Shown here in pieces: positions 48,816 through 60,981 of a stretch of DNA of 64,000 nucleotides. The translations under genes and the position numbers were made by a program. Source of the stretch: an uncultured Pseudomonadota bacterium (GTDB lineage: Bacteria > Pseudomonadota > Alphaproteobacteria > Caulobacterales > Aquidulcibacteraceae). Where the stretch lies: NCBI GenBank assembly GCA_963837475.1, contig CAWIND010000003.1:524361-588360 (forward strand), in the 5' to 3' direction. Every line of letters starts with the position of its first letter. Position 1 is the stretch's first letter. Below the pieces are notes generated by a model, which saw nothing but the letters and a program-made list of their open reading frames with translations, searched no databases and had not been told where the DNA came from.

Positions 48816-49187
48816 TCAGGACGCCGGCGTGGACGCCTCCAATTGCACCAGCCCGCGCTGAACAAAGCCCGCACAGGCGCTATCGCGCTCCTCGCGAAGC
48901 TGTTGCAGGCCGTTATTCATTCCGCTGAGCCGGCGCGCCTGGGCGCGCACGCGCGCGGCGTTCTCGCGCGCGTCGGCAACGACCGAACCGCTATGAAAGC
49001 CGACGCCAGCGGCTGCATGCAGGGCGCTGAAGTTTGCGCCATCGGATTGGAGCTCAGGCAGATCGGCATAAGCCAGACACTGCGAGGCGGCGAGATAGCG
49101 CGCATCGCTCATGCGCGCTTCCTCCGCGTTTGCCGACAATGGCGCCAGCGTGGCAAGGGCCACAACAATTGAAAGTACGCGCTTCAT
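48816..49187 (-). CDS. Secreted hypothetical protein (paralog of 22957..23289)
   Basis: RBS GGGAG, signal peptide, RMSDARYLAASQCLAY. Confidence 0.8.
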   Translation of the reverse strand: MKRVLSIVVALATLAPLSANAEEARMSDARYLAASQCLAYADLPELQSDGANFSALHAAAGVGFHSGSVVADARENAARVRAQARRLSGMNNGLQQLREERDSACAGFVQRGLVQLEASTPAS

Positions 49188-49415
49188 GTTGAACTCCCGT
49201 TTTCGAATTCGTCTCGAACCCGCACGCGCACAAATAGGAAAAGAGATTGTGTCGGATGTGACGAACGAGATGATTTGCGACGGGGCGTAGATCGCGCACG
49301 ACAGAGCGCGCGGTCTTACTGCAAATTCAGACCGGGCCGTACATGAATGACACTGTGCGCGTGTGATGGCGTCAACGCCTGCGACAAGCGTGCAGTTGCT
49401 CGTCGACGAATTGCG

Positions 49416-50507
<1,092 letters not shown>

Positions 50508-50628
50508 TCATCCCACCAGGGAAAAACTCAAGCTTGAACGGGTTGGCGAATCAATGGGCGCCAGCGGCCATTAACCACGTTCATCTGCAGAGACAGCCGC
50601 CCTGGGCGCCGTTATCACATCCGGCGCT

Positions 50629-52311
50629 ATGCACGCTGACGCGGACTCATTTGACGGTTTCGCCCAGTCCTGGCGGGCCTATGCGCTCATCGCGCTGATT
50701 GCGCTTGCCTCGGCGCTTTTCGGGGCGGGCGCTGTGCCGGTGATGGACCGCGACGAGGCGCGTTTTGCGCAGGCCACGCGGCAAATGGTGGAAACGGGCG
50801 ATTATATCCGTATCCGCGTGCAGGACGAGGAGCGCAGCAAGAAGCCCGTCGGCATTCATTGGCTGCAGGCCGCGTCCGTCCAGGTATTTGAACCGATCAC
50901 GCATCGGCTGAATGAGATTTGGCCCTACCGCGTCCCTTCAGCTTTTGGCGTGCTGATGGCGGCGCTCGCGACATTGTGGGCGGGGACGAGGCTGATCGGG
51001 GCACGTGCTGCGTTCTTGGGCGCGGCATTGTTTGCCGCAAGCGTGCTTCTCGGCTTCGAAGGCATGACCGCAAAGACCGATGCGGTGCTTTGCGGTTTCA
51101 CTGCGCTCGCACTCGCGGCGGCGGCGCACCTCTCCACGGGCGCTCCGCGCCCGCGCTTGCTGGCTTTGCTGTTTTGGGCGGCGATGGGCGTAACGATCCT
51201 GATTAAGGGTCCGATCGGGCCGCTGGTGGCGCTCCTCACGCTTATTTCCCTTGCGCTCTGGGAGCGGCGCTGGCGCTGGTTGAAACCGCTTGCCTGGTGG
51301 CCAGGGCCGCTTTTGATGCTGCTCATCGTATTGCCCTGGATGATCGCGATTTACTTCGCGACAGACGGGCGCTTTTTCGCCGAAGCGATCGGCCACGATC
51401 TCGGCGGCAAGATCACCGGCGGTTCGGAAGGCCATTCCGGTTTGCCCGGCTATCACACCTTGTTGCTGCCGCTGTTGATTTTCCCAGCGACTTTCGCGTT
51501 GCCGTTCGCGGTGCGGCTCGGCTGGCGCGCGCTTCGCGCTCCGCGCAGTGACGAGGCGCTGCGCGGCTTGCGCTTCGTGCTCGCCTGGGCGCTGGCGGGC
51601 TTCATCATGTTCGAGTTGACGCCCAACAAGCTGCCGCACTATCCGCTGCCGGTTTACCCAGGTATCGCGCTTTTGTGCGGTGCGGCGCTGGCGCCCGCGC
51701 TCGATGCTCAAGGGCGCGCGGCCAAATGGATTGGTGTGGCCCTTGCCGCGTTTGCCGGCGCAGCATTCGTTGCGCTCATCGCGCAAGCGGCGCCGTTCGT
51801 GGACGCGGGCGCTCGCCTGCTCGTGCTCGCCTTGGAGATTGGGGCGGGGATCATAGTCGTTGCGATGCTGGCTGTGTTGGCGTTCGCGGCGAAACCCTCC
51901 GCGCGCGTCGCCGCGGGCGTCATCTGTGCGCTGGCGCTTTCATTCAGCGTGCGCCAATTGCTGCTGCCGCTCGCGCACGGCGTGCAGCCAACGGCGCAAA
52001 CAGCAACAGCACTTCAGCACGCCGGCCTCGCCAACCGGCCGCTCTGGGTCATCGGCTATCGCGAAACCAGCATGGTGTTCTCAACTCGAACCGACGCCCA
52101 TCTCACAAATGCGGACGACGCTGGCCAGCATGCCAATCCCGGCGATGCGATTATTGTTGATCAGGACGATTTCAGCGCGCTGCAGAATGGTCTCAATGCA
52201 CGCGACTTGGCGTATGCGCCCGCAGGCGAGCCGGTGCGTGCGCGCAACATCGGTAACGGCGATCGTGTGACGCTGAGCGTTGGAACGGTTCAGCTCGCCG
52301 CGCGCAACTGA
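50629..52311 (+). CDS. ArnT/GT39-family membrane glycosyltransferase
   Basis: DRDEARFAQATRQM, KKPVGIHW, AKTDA, LIKGP, KLPHYPLP. Confidence 0.9.
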   Translation: MHADADSFDGFAQSWRAYALIALIALASALFGAGAVPVMDRDEARFAQATRQMVETGDYIRIRVQDEERSKKPVGIHWLQAASVQVFEPITHRLNEIWPYRVPSAFGVLMAALATLWAGTRLIGARAAFLGAALFAASVLLGFEGMTAKTDAVLCGFTALALAAAAHLSTGAPRPRLLALLFWAAMGVTILIKGPIGPLVALLTLISLALWERRWRWLKPLAWWPGPLLMLLIVLPWMIAIYFATDGRFFAEAIGHDLGGKITGGSEGHSGLPGYHTLLLPLLIFPATFALPFAVRLGWRALRAPRSDEALRGLRFVLAWALAGFIMFELTPNKLPHYPLPVYPGIALLCGAALAPALDAQGRAAKWIGVALAAFAGAAFVALIAQAAPFVDAGARLLVLALEIGAGIIVVAMLAVLAFAAKPSARVAAGVICALALSFSVRQLLLPLAHGVQPTAQTATALQHAGLANRPLWVIGYRETSMVFSTRTDAHLTNADDAGQHANPGDAIIVDQDDFSALQNGLNARDLAYAPAGEPVRARNIGNGDRVTLSVGTVQLAARN

Positions 52312-52880
52312 AGCTGGGTCTGCAGCGCGTCCTGCACCGGTTTGAAGCTTTTGCGATGAATGGCGCAGGGCCCGAGCCGCGCCAGGGCTTCCTGATGCTC
52401 CGGCGTCGAATAGCCCTTGTGCTTTGAAAAGGCGTAGCCGGGAAATTGCGCGCAAAGTTCGGTCATCATCCGGTCGCGTTCGACCTTGGCGATGATCGAA
52501 GCAGCCGAGACGATCGGCACGATCACGTCGCCGTCGATGACGCATTCGACCGGGCACGGCAGGTCAGGCGCCATGTTGCCGTCGACGATTGCGGCGACCG
52601 GCGCTTCTAGTTTCACGAGTTCATCGAAGGCGCGGCGCATGGCGAGATGCGAGGCGCGCAGGATGTTCAAGGTGTCGATTTCCTCAACGCTCGCTAAGCC
52701 AACCGCGACGAAGCCGATGGCGCGGATCTTGGCGGCGAGTTCTTCGCGCGCCTCCGCTGTGAGCTGCTTTGAATCATCGAGCCCCTTGGGGCGGCCCTTG
52801 CGCGGCAGGATCACGGCCGCGGCCACCACCGGCCCAGCCAGGGGTCCCCGTCCGGCCTCGTCGATCCCGCAAATCGCCAT
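52290..52880 (-). CDS. rnhB: Ribonuclease HII
   Basis: GIDEAGRGPLAGPV, LDDSKQL, AASIIAKVERD, HKGY. Confidence 0.95.
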   Translation of the reverse strand: MAICGIDEAGRGPLAGPVVAAAVILPRKGRPKGLDDSKQLTAEAREELAAKIRAIGFVAVGLASVEEIDTLNILRASHLAMRRAFDELVKLEAPVAAIVDGNMAPDLPCPVECVIDGDVIVPIVSAASIIAKVERDRMMTELCAQFPGYAFSKHKGYSTPEHQEALARLGPCAIHRKSFKPVQDALQTQLQLRAAS

Positions 52881-52917
52881 GCGCGCGAGCATGGCGCAAA
52901 AGGCGCCCCTGGCAATG

Positions 52918-52986
52918 TGTAAGGACGCTCGACTTTTGGACAAGGTCGCTTGACATGGCCTCGGAGACATGTATAGTAACCTTGTC
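52918..52986 (+). promoter_or_regulatory. Sigma70 promoter with three dyad operators
   Basis: TTGACA(52950)-N16-TATAGT(52972); TGTAAG-N4-CTCGAC, GACAAG-N4-CTTGAC, GTATAG-N4-CTTGTC. Confidence 0.75.
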
Positions 52987-53007
52987 ATTTAGACGAGGAA
53001 ACACGAC

Positions 53008-53106
53008 ATGCCCGATTGGTTGCGCTGCGGACAATGGAGCTTCGGAAGCCTGGTGGCCATGGCGATTGGCGTCGCCACGGCGCTGTCGGTCGCGCTTCAG
53101 CACTGA
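53008..53106 (+). CDS. Unannotated 32-aa membrane peptide
   Basis: RBS GAGGA; MPDWLRCGQWSFGSLVAMAIGVATALSVALQH. Confidence 0.6.
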   Translation: MPDWLRCGQWSFGSLVAMAIGVATALSVALQH

Positions 53107-53136
53107 GGCAAGAGCAAGAGTTCAACGGAGGGTACG

Positions 53137-53355
53137 ATGTGTGGTGAAAGCGGCAACGGGATCATCGCGGGCCTGATCGTGGCGGCGGCTATCCTGATCT
53201 TTGCGTTCGCTGAGAAGCATTCGGGCGCGCATGCCGCGCAACCGGCGCAGCACACGATCTCGGCGCCGGCAACGCATGTGGCCATCGAGATGCATCCCGT
53301 CACGCTCGACGTCGATCTCGAACGCGGCCGCGCGTCTCTGGAAGTGAGCCTCTAA
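53137..53355 (+). CDS. Small membrane-anchored hypothetical protein
   Basis: RBS GGAGGG; N-terminal TM helix. Confidence 0.7.
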   Translation: MCGESGNGIIAGLIVAAAILIFAFAEKHSGAHAAQPAQHTISAPATHVAIEMHPVTLDVDLERGRASLEVSL

Positions 53356-53356
53356 C

Positions 53357-53782
53357 GTGACCTGCGAAACCGACGGCTTGGGCCCTAGGGCCAAACAGGC
53401 TTCACGCATTTACATGCGCGACATGGCGATCTGCGCGGTCGTCTATGTCGGTGTGGTCTTCGGTGCGGTGACGTTGATCCGGCATATGCCGTTCCACTTG
53501 CCGCAGTGGCTCATCGTCATCATCGCGCTAACGCCGCTCATCCCAGCTCTGATGATGCTGCGCACCTACCTGACGTTCTTGAGATCGTTGGACGAACTCG
53601 GACGCCGCATCCAAACGGAAGCGTGGCTCATCGCTGCCGGTGTCGTTGGCCTTGCCAGCTTCACCTACAGTTTTCTTGAGGAATGGGCGCAGTTACCACG
53701 CATCGACCTCATATGGGTATTTCCAGCTCTGATGTTCGCTTGGGGTGTGGCGCAGTATTTCGTGCGGCGCCGCTACAAATGA
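53357..53782 (+). CDS. Four-TM membrane protein (paralog 1)
   Basis: LDELGRRIQTEAWLIAA...SFTYSFLE. Confidence 0.8.
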   Translation: MTCETDGLGPRAKQASRIYMRDMAICAVVYVGVVFGAVTLIRHMPFHLPQWLIVIIALTPLIPALMMLRTYLTFLRSLDELGRRIQTEAWLIAAGVVGLASFTYSFLEEWAQLPRIDLIWVFPALMFAWGVAQYFVRRRYK

Positions 53783-53813
53783 AAAACCGCCCTGAAAAGG
53801 TCGATCGGGACAA

Positions 53814-54239
53814 ATGATCATGCCCAACCGTATGTCTTCGAGGCCGTTGCTGACGCCTGGCGTCAAACGGACGTTTAGCAGCATTGCGATTTATACGAGC
53901 CTCTACGTCATTTTGACATTTGTCAGTGCGGTCGCGGTACGCGTGCTGCATCCATCAGGCGCGCTCGCAATAGCGTTGGCGCTTGTTCCGGCGGTCGCGG
54001 CAATCGGGATTGTGCGCCCTTACATGCTTGGCTTGCGCGAAATGGACGAGTTTCAGCGGTTGCTGCAATACGAGGCTATTCTGATCGCCGCGGCGGCCAC
54101 GGCGTTCGCGAGCGTCGCTTATGGGTTTCTCGAAGTCTTCGCGGGCTTTCCGCGTCTGCCAGCGTTTTGTGTCGTGCTGGCGATGGTCGGCGCGTTCGCG
54201 CTGGCGACCGTGTTCCTAAATTTGCGCCACCGCGTATGA
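53814..54239 (+). CDS. Four-TM membrane protein (paralog 2)
   Basis: MDEFQRLLQYEAILIAA...SVAYGFLE. Confidence 0.8.
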   Translation: MIMPNRMSSRPLLTPGVKRTFSSIAIYTSLYVILTFVSAVAVRVLHPSGALAIALALVPAVAAIGIVRPYMLGLREMDEFQRLLQYEAILIAAAATAFASVAYGFLEVFAGFPRLPAFCVVLAMVGAFALATVFLNLRHRV

Positions 54240-54448
54240 AGAACCGGCTCAAAGTCCTGCGTGCGGAGCGCAATTGGAGCCAGGCGGATCTGGCCGATCG
54301 TCTCGAAGTTTCGCGCCAAAGCGTGAACGCGATCGAGACAGGCAAATACGATCCGTCCTTGCCGCTCGCTTTCAAGATCGCCGCAATCTTCGGCCTGCCA
54401 ATCGAACAGATTTTCAGCGCGGACGAAGCGGCAGAGGCCGCAGAATAG
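54236..54448 (+). CDS. XRE-family HTH regulator
   Basis: MKNRLKVLRAERNWSQADLADRLEVSRQSVNAIETGKYDPSLPLAFKIA. Confidence 0.95.
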   Translation: MKNRLKVLRAERNWSQADLADRLEVSRQSVNAIETGKYDPSLPLAFKIAAIFGLPIEQIFSADEAAEAAE

Positions 54449-54505
54449 GTTGCATCGCCGGCGCCCAGCTTGCTAACCGGCGCGACGGCCATTACCCGGG
54501 GCGCG

Positions 54506-55390
54506 ATGGCCGCCTCCCAAAACGCACCGCGCTGCTTTCAGGACGTGATCCTGACGCTCCAGACTTACTGGGCCGAGCAGGGTTGCGCGATCCTGCAGCC
54601 TTACGACACGGAAGTGGGCGCCGGTACTTTGCATCCGGCCACCACGTTGCGCGCGCTTGGCCCCAAACCGTGGCGGGCGGCGTATGTGCAGCCCTCGCGG
54701 CGCCCGAAGGATGGGCGCTATGGCGAAAACCCGAACCGGCTGCAGCACTATTATCAGTTTCAGGTCATCGTGAAGCCGAACCCGCCGAACCTGCAGGACT
54801 TGTACCTGCAATCGCTCGTGCGCATCGGCATCGATCCGCTCCTGCACGACATCCGCTTCGTCGAAGACGATTGGGAAAACCCCACTGTCGGCGCCTGGGG
54901 CTTGGGCTGGGAAGTATGGTGCGACGGGATGGAAGTGAGCCAGTACACTTACTTCCAGCAGGTGGGCGGCTTGGACGTGCGCCCTGTCAGTGGCGAACTC
55001 ACCTACGGGCTTGAGCGACTGGCGATGTACGTTTTCGGCGTCGACAACGTCTTCGACCTGCCGTTCAACGATCCCAAGTCCGCGACGCCGCTCAAGTATG
55101 GCGATGTGTTTCTGGAAAACGAGCGCCAGCAATCGCGCTTCAATTTTGAGCTCAGCGATGCGGACATGAACCTGCGCTGGTTCAATGATGCGGAGGCGAC
55201 GGCGAAGCGTCTGCTCGAAGCGGGCGCTGTGCTGCCGGCCTTCGACTACACGCTCAAGGCTTCGCACCTGTTTAATCTGCTCGACGCACGCGGCGTTGTT
55301 TCGCCCACGGAGCGGCAAAGCTTCATCGCCCGCGTGCGCGAACTGGCGAAGGGATGTGCTGAACAATGGGCGTCGAGCCAGACGCCCTAA
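54506..55390 (+). CDS. glyQ: Glycine--tRNA ligase alpha subunit
   Basis: [37 protein letters not shown]. Confidence 0.97.
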   Translation: MAASQNAPRCFQDVILTLQTYWAEQGCAILQPYDTEVGAGTLHPATTLRALGPKPWRAAYVQPSRRPKDGRYGENPNRLQHYYQFQVIVKPNPPNLQDLYLQSLVRIGIDPLLHDIRFVEDDWENPTVGAWGLGWEVWCDGMEVSQYTYFQQVGGLDVRPVSGELTYGLERLAMYVFGVDNVFDLPFNDPKSATPLKYGDVFLENERQQSRFNFELSDADMNLRWFNDAEATAKRLLEAGAVLPAFDYTLKASHLFNLLDARGVVSPTERQSFIARVRELAKGCAEQWASSQTP

Positions 55391-55740
55391 GCCGGAACCT
55401 GGATCACCGTGCCGCGGTGGCCGTCGCAGCCGCAGCGCGTGTGCAGATGCTGGTTTTGATCCACAGCACAGACGCCAATCGTGACCTTGAGCGGCAGCCG
55501 CATCGTACGCCCGGTCACCGGGCCGCCGTCGCTACGCCAGGCGCAGACGTTTTGGTAGGTGGGCGCCGATGGCTCGCCGGGCGGAAGCAATCCCCGATGG
55601 CGCGCGCGGAGCTGCTCTTCGGTGCCGAGCGGGGCGGTGGTTGGCGCGGCGTTGGCATTGGGGTCAACCGTCTGGGCCGCAGCGATACTGACGAACGCAA
55701 TCCCGGCGATAAGTGCAAGAGCGACAAGGCGAAGCGCCAT
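55387..55740 (-). CDS. Secreted hypothetical protein with four Cys
   Basis: Signal peptide ending AAA, Pro/Thr linker, C...C...CGC. Confidence 0.7.
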   Translation of the reverse strand: MALRLVALALIAGIAFVSIAAAQTVDPNANAAPTTAPLGTEEQLRARHRGLLPPGEPSAPTYQNVCAWRSDGGPVTGRTMRLPLKVTIGVCAVDQNQHLHTRCGCDGHRGTVIQVPA

Positions 55741-55852
55741 GACAGGCCTCCCGCGTTCCAACATGGTCTCGCCGCACGCCTCGCACCCGTTCCCAAGGTC
55801 ACGCTTTGCGCGCGCAAGAGAAGCAGCTTAAACACGCGCCTCGTGAAAGCCC

Positions 55853-58124
55853 ATGCCTGAACTCCTCCTCGAACTCTTCAGCGAAGAAATCCCGGCGCGC
55901 ATGCAGAAGCGCGCCGAGGAGGACCTCGACAAACTCATGCATGAGAAGCTCGGCGCGCGCGGGCTTCGCTACGTCATGAGCACGACATTCTCCTCGCCGC
56001 GGCGTTTGGGGTTGGCCATTGCCGATCTGCCGGCGAAAGCCGCGGACGTGAACGAAGAGAAAAAGGGCCCGCGCGTCGGCGCGCCCGATGCGGCGATCCA
56101 AGGCTTTCTGAAAAGCGCGGGGCTGAAGGCGATCAGCGAAGCGCAAATGGTCGAAGACAAGAAAGGCGCTTTCTACCTCGCGCGTATCGAGCGCGCGGGC
56201 GCCGCAACGACGACGATCCTCCAGGACGTGCTGGCGGAAATCATCCGGCAATTCCCGTGGCCGAAATCCATGCGCTCACAGTCAAGCGATCTCACTTGGG
56301 TGCGGCCGCTGCACAATATCTGCTGCACCTTTGACGGCCGCGCGGTGAAGATCGCGGTCGACGGCGTGGCGAGCGAAGCGGCGACCTGGGGGCATCGCTT
56401 CCATGCGCCGGCGAAAATCGCGGTGACGACATTCGAGCAATGGGATCGCGATCTGCGCGCGGCGAAGGTTGATCCCGTTTCGTGGCGCCCGGAAGGACTA
56501 TATCGTCGACGCCGCCAAGAAGGCGTGCGCCGAGCGCGGGCTTGAATGGGTTGAGGATCACGGGCTGGTTGAAGAAGTCGCTGGTCTCTGCGAATGGCCG
56601 CAGATCGTTTTTGGCGACATGGACCCGGGCTTCCTCGATTTGCCGGCGGAAGTGATCCGGCTCTCGATGCGCACACACCAGAAATATTTCGCGGTGCGCG
56701 ATCCGAAAACCAAGAAGCTCGCGCCGCATTTCATTGCGTTTGCGAATGTCGAAGCGAAGGATGGCGGCAAAGCCATCGCCGCGGGAAACGCCCGCGTGCT
56801 CTCGGCGCGCTTGAACGACGCGCGTTTCTTCTGGCAGACGGACAAGAAGACGCCGCTCTTTACCGAGGAGCGCAAGGAAAAGCTCAAAAAGATCGTCTTC
56901 CACCAAAAGCTCGGCTCGGTGTGGGACAAGGTCGAGCGCGTGAAGGCGCTGGCGGTCGAGCTTTGCGCGGCGACCGGCGCCAACAAAGAGCAGGTGATCC
57001 GCGCCGCCGATCTCTGCAAAATGGATCTGGTGACGGAAACAGTCGGCGAATTCCCCGAACTGCAAGGCCAGATCGGGCGCGAGCTTGCGTCACTCATCCG
57101 TCCGACGGGCGCAGTGACGAGTAAAGGCGCGAGCGCGCCGAGCGAACACGACAGCGTCGCTATCGCTATCGAAGATCACTATCGCCCGCTCGGCCCCAAT
57201 GATCGCGTCCCGACCGACAAGGTCGCTGTCACGCTCGCCCTGGCGGACAAGCTGGATACGTTGGTTGGATTTTGGGCGATTGACGAGAAGCCAACAGGCT
57301 CGAGTGACCCCTATGCTTTGCGTCGCGCCGCGCTCGGTGTCGTTCGCATCCTTCTAGAGAACGGCGTGCGGCCGACGTTCGGCCCCGTCCTCTCGCTCGC
57401 GCTCGCGAGAGTGATGCCGCTTGCCGAATTTCATGCTGCACGGGAGCGAAGGAAGCTCGCCAAGGAACTAGAAGAAGGCGGCGATACTGAAGCCGCAGAC
57501 GCATTGCGCGAAAGGGCCGCTAGGGATTTGTCGCCCGAAGCCGCAAGGAAGTTCATCGAAGAACGCCAGGAGCGGGCGAGTGCGCTATTTGGCTCGGTGA
57601 TCGCCTTCCTTGCCGATCGCCTCAAAGTTCAACTCCGCGATCACGGCAAACGTCACGATCTCGTCGATGCGGTCTTCGCGCTCGGCGATGACGATCTCGT
57701 CCGCATCGTCGTGCGCGTTGAAGCCCTGGACGCGTTCCTGAAAACTGAAGACGGCGCCAACCTGCTCGCAGGCTATAAGCGCGCCGCCAATATTCTCGCG
57801 GCCGAAGACAAGAAGGGCAAAGGCCTCTCCGAAGCTGACGCAAAAGCCGGTCTCGACGCCGCCAAACTTGTCGAGACCGCGGAGAAAGCGCTTTACGCTG
57901 CACTGGAAGCCGCGATCCCGAAAGCGCGCGCCGCCGTCGAGAAGGAGGACTTTGCCGCTGCGATGAAGGTGCTCTCCGGCCTGCGCGCGCCAGTCGATGG
58001 GTTTTTCGATTCTGTGCTGGTCAACGATCCGCAAGAACAGCTTCGCCGCAATAGACTTCTGCTGCTCGCGCGCCTAGTTGAGGCGACATCTGCGGTCGCG
58101 GATTTTTCGAAGATTGAGGGATGA
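55853..58124 (+). CDS. glyS: Glycine--tRNA ligase beta subunit, frameshifted near 56470
   Basis: [42 protein letters not shown]. Confidence 0.95.
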
Positions 58125-60788
58125 CAAAGTACGTCTACGGGTTCGGCGGCGGCGAGAGCGCAGGCGATGCGTCGATGAAAGCGCTGCTCGGCGGCAAGGG
58201 CGCCAACCTCGCCGAAATGGCAAAGCTTGGCCTGCCCGTGCCGCCCGGCTTCACGCTGACGACAGAAGTCTGCACCGAATTCTACAACAACGCGCGCAAG
58301 TATCCCGCTGACCTCGCGGGCCAAGTCGATGCCGCACTCGCATCTCTTGAAACAAAGACGGGAAAGAAATTCGGCGACGCCGCCAACCCGCTGCTGGTTT
58401 CCGTGCGTTCCGGGGCGCGCGCCTCGATGCCGGGCATGATGGATACCGTGCTCAATCTCGGCTTGAACGACGCCACCGTCGAGGGCCTGGCCAAACTCTC
58501 AGGCGATCCGCGCTTCGCCTACGATAGCTATCGCCGCTTCATTCAGATGTATTCCGACGTGGTGCTCGAACTCGAGCACGGCGCGTTCGAAGAAACGCTG
58601 GGCGCGCTGAAAGATGAGCGCGACTATCGCGCCGATACTGAACTCAATGCCGACGATTGGAAGAGAATCGTCGTCGAGTTCAAGCGCATCGTCGAGCGTC
58701 AGCTCGGCAAGCCGTTTCCATCCGATCCGAAAGAGCAGCTTTGGGGCGCCATTGGCGCTGTGTTCTCAAGCTGGATGAACGACCGGGCCATCTTTCTATC
58801 GCAAGCACAACAACATTCCCGAAAGCTGGGGCACTGCCGTCAATGTGCAGGCGATGGTGTTCGGCAATATGGGCGAGACCAGCGCCACCGGCGTTGCCTT
58901 CACCCGCGATCCCTCGACGGGCGAAAAGAAGTTCTACGGGGAATATCTGATCAACGCACAGGGCGAAGACGTGGTCGCCGGTATCCGCACGCCAAAGCCG
59001 CTGACCAAGGCGTCGCGCGAGGAGATGGGCGAGGGCGGCCAATCGCTTGAAGAGGCAATGCCCGAAGTGTTCGCGGAACTGACGCGCGTCTACCAATCTC
59101 TCGAAGCGCACTATCGCGACATGCAGGATCTGGAATTCACCGTCGAACGCGGTCACCTCTACATGCTCCAGACCCGCAACGGCAAACGCACGGCGAAGGC
59201 AGCACTCAAGATCGCCGTCGACATGGCGCGCGAAAACCTGATCAGCGAAAACGAAGCGATCCTGCGCATCGATCCGATGGCGCTCGATCAATTGCTGCAT
59301 CCGACCATTTCGCCCAACTATCATCGTAGCCTGATCTGCAAGGGCTTGCCGGCCTCGCCAGGGGCTGCGGTGGGCGCTGTCGTGTTCGATCCTGACGAGG
59401 CCGCCGACCTTGCCGGCGCCGGCAAGGCCGTCATCCTGGTGCGCGAAGAGACGAGCCCGGAAGACATTCACGGCATGCATGCCTCGAAAGCGATTGTCAC
59501 CGCGCGCGGCGGCATGACCAGCCACGCCGCCGTGGTTGCGCGCGGCATGGGCCGCCCATGCGTGTCGGGCGCGGGCGAAATCCGCATCGACATGAAGGAA
59601 GGCGTCTTCCGCGTCGGCGCCCGTGTTGTGAAGAAGGGCGAGACCATCACCGTCGACGGTTCGACGGGCGAAGTGCTGATGGGCGCAGCCGATATGGTGC
59701 AGCCCGAGCTTACCGGCGATTTCGGCACATTGATGGAATGGGCCGATCAAGCACGGCGCATGAAAGTGCGCGCCAATGCGGAAACGCCGGAAGATGCACG
59801 CACGGCGGTGAAGTTCGGGGCCGAAGGCGTCGGTCTTTGCCGCACCGAGCACATGTTCTTCGACGCCGAACGGATTGCGGCCGTGCGCGAGATGATCCTC
59901 GCTGAAACGAAAGAGGGGCGCGTTGCAGCACTCGCGAAGCTCGAACCGCATCAGCGCAACGACTTCATCGAGATCTTCCGCATCATGGGGGCGCGACCGG
60001 TGACGATCCGCTTCCTCGATCCGCCGTTGCACGAATTCCTGCCGCACGCGGAAGAGGATTGCGCTGAAGTCGCAAAGACACTCGGTGTGGACGCGCGCGC
60101 ATTGATGTCACGCGTGAAGGAATTGGCGGAAGTAAATCCGATGCTCGGCTTCCGCGGCTGCAGGCTGGCGATCGTCTATCCCGAGATTTACGAGATGCAG
60201 GCGCGCGCCGTGTTCGAAGCCGCCTGCGATGTCGCTAAAGAAAAGGGTGCAGCGCCAGTTCCAGAGATCATGGTGCCGTTCGTGATCTCGAAAACCGAGT
60301 TCGATTTCATCAAAGAGCGTGTCGATGCCGTGGCCAAGGATGTTTTCGCCGAGAAGAAGCAGAACATAGCTTACGCGGTGGGAACGATGATTGAGTTACC
60401 GCGCGCTGCCTTGCGCGCCGGAGAAATTGCGGAATCCGCGGAATTCTTCTCGTTCGGCACCAACGATCTCACGCAAACCACGATGGGGCTGTCGCGCGAC
60501 GATTCCGGGAAATTCCTTGGAACCTTTGTCGAGCGCGCCGTGTTACCGCACGACCCATTTGTTTCCATAGACGCCGAAGGCGTGGGGGAACTGGTGGAAC
60601 TGGCCTGCGAACGTGGCCGATCAGCGCGTGTGGGGTTGAAACTTGGCGTTTGTGGAGAGCACGGCGGGGACCCCGCCTCGGTTGCGTTCTTCGAGCGCGC
60701 CGGGCTCGATTACGTGTCCTGTTCACCCTATCGCGTGCCCATCGCTCGCCTGGCCGCAGCCCAGGCCGTGCTCGCCGCCAAGCGCTGA
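58121..60788 (+). CDS. ppdK: Pyruvate, phosphate dikinase, frameshifted near 58795
   Basis: [50 protein letters not shown]. Confidence 0.97.
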
Positions 60789-60981
60789 GCGGCCTAAACC
60801 TGGCCGCCTTCCCCAACGGCAGATCCCGCACTGCAGCGCGACCCCGGGTCGCGCCCCGGTTCGCTTAACAGGTGAACCGGCACGATCCTGGCAAGGCTTT
60901 GGAGGCTTTGGGCTTTCTCGGCGTGACCGAGAGGCCGCAGCTGGCCCGAAAGGGCAGCCAAGTAAACCGGAAAGCGAGACT

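Noticed and set aside
56460-56490. Programmed ribosomal frameshifting in glyS, ppdK, smc, traG or trbE
   Set aside because: No slippery heptamer or stimulatory structure is evident, and these genes are not known to be recoded; sequencing error is simpler
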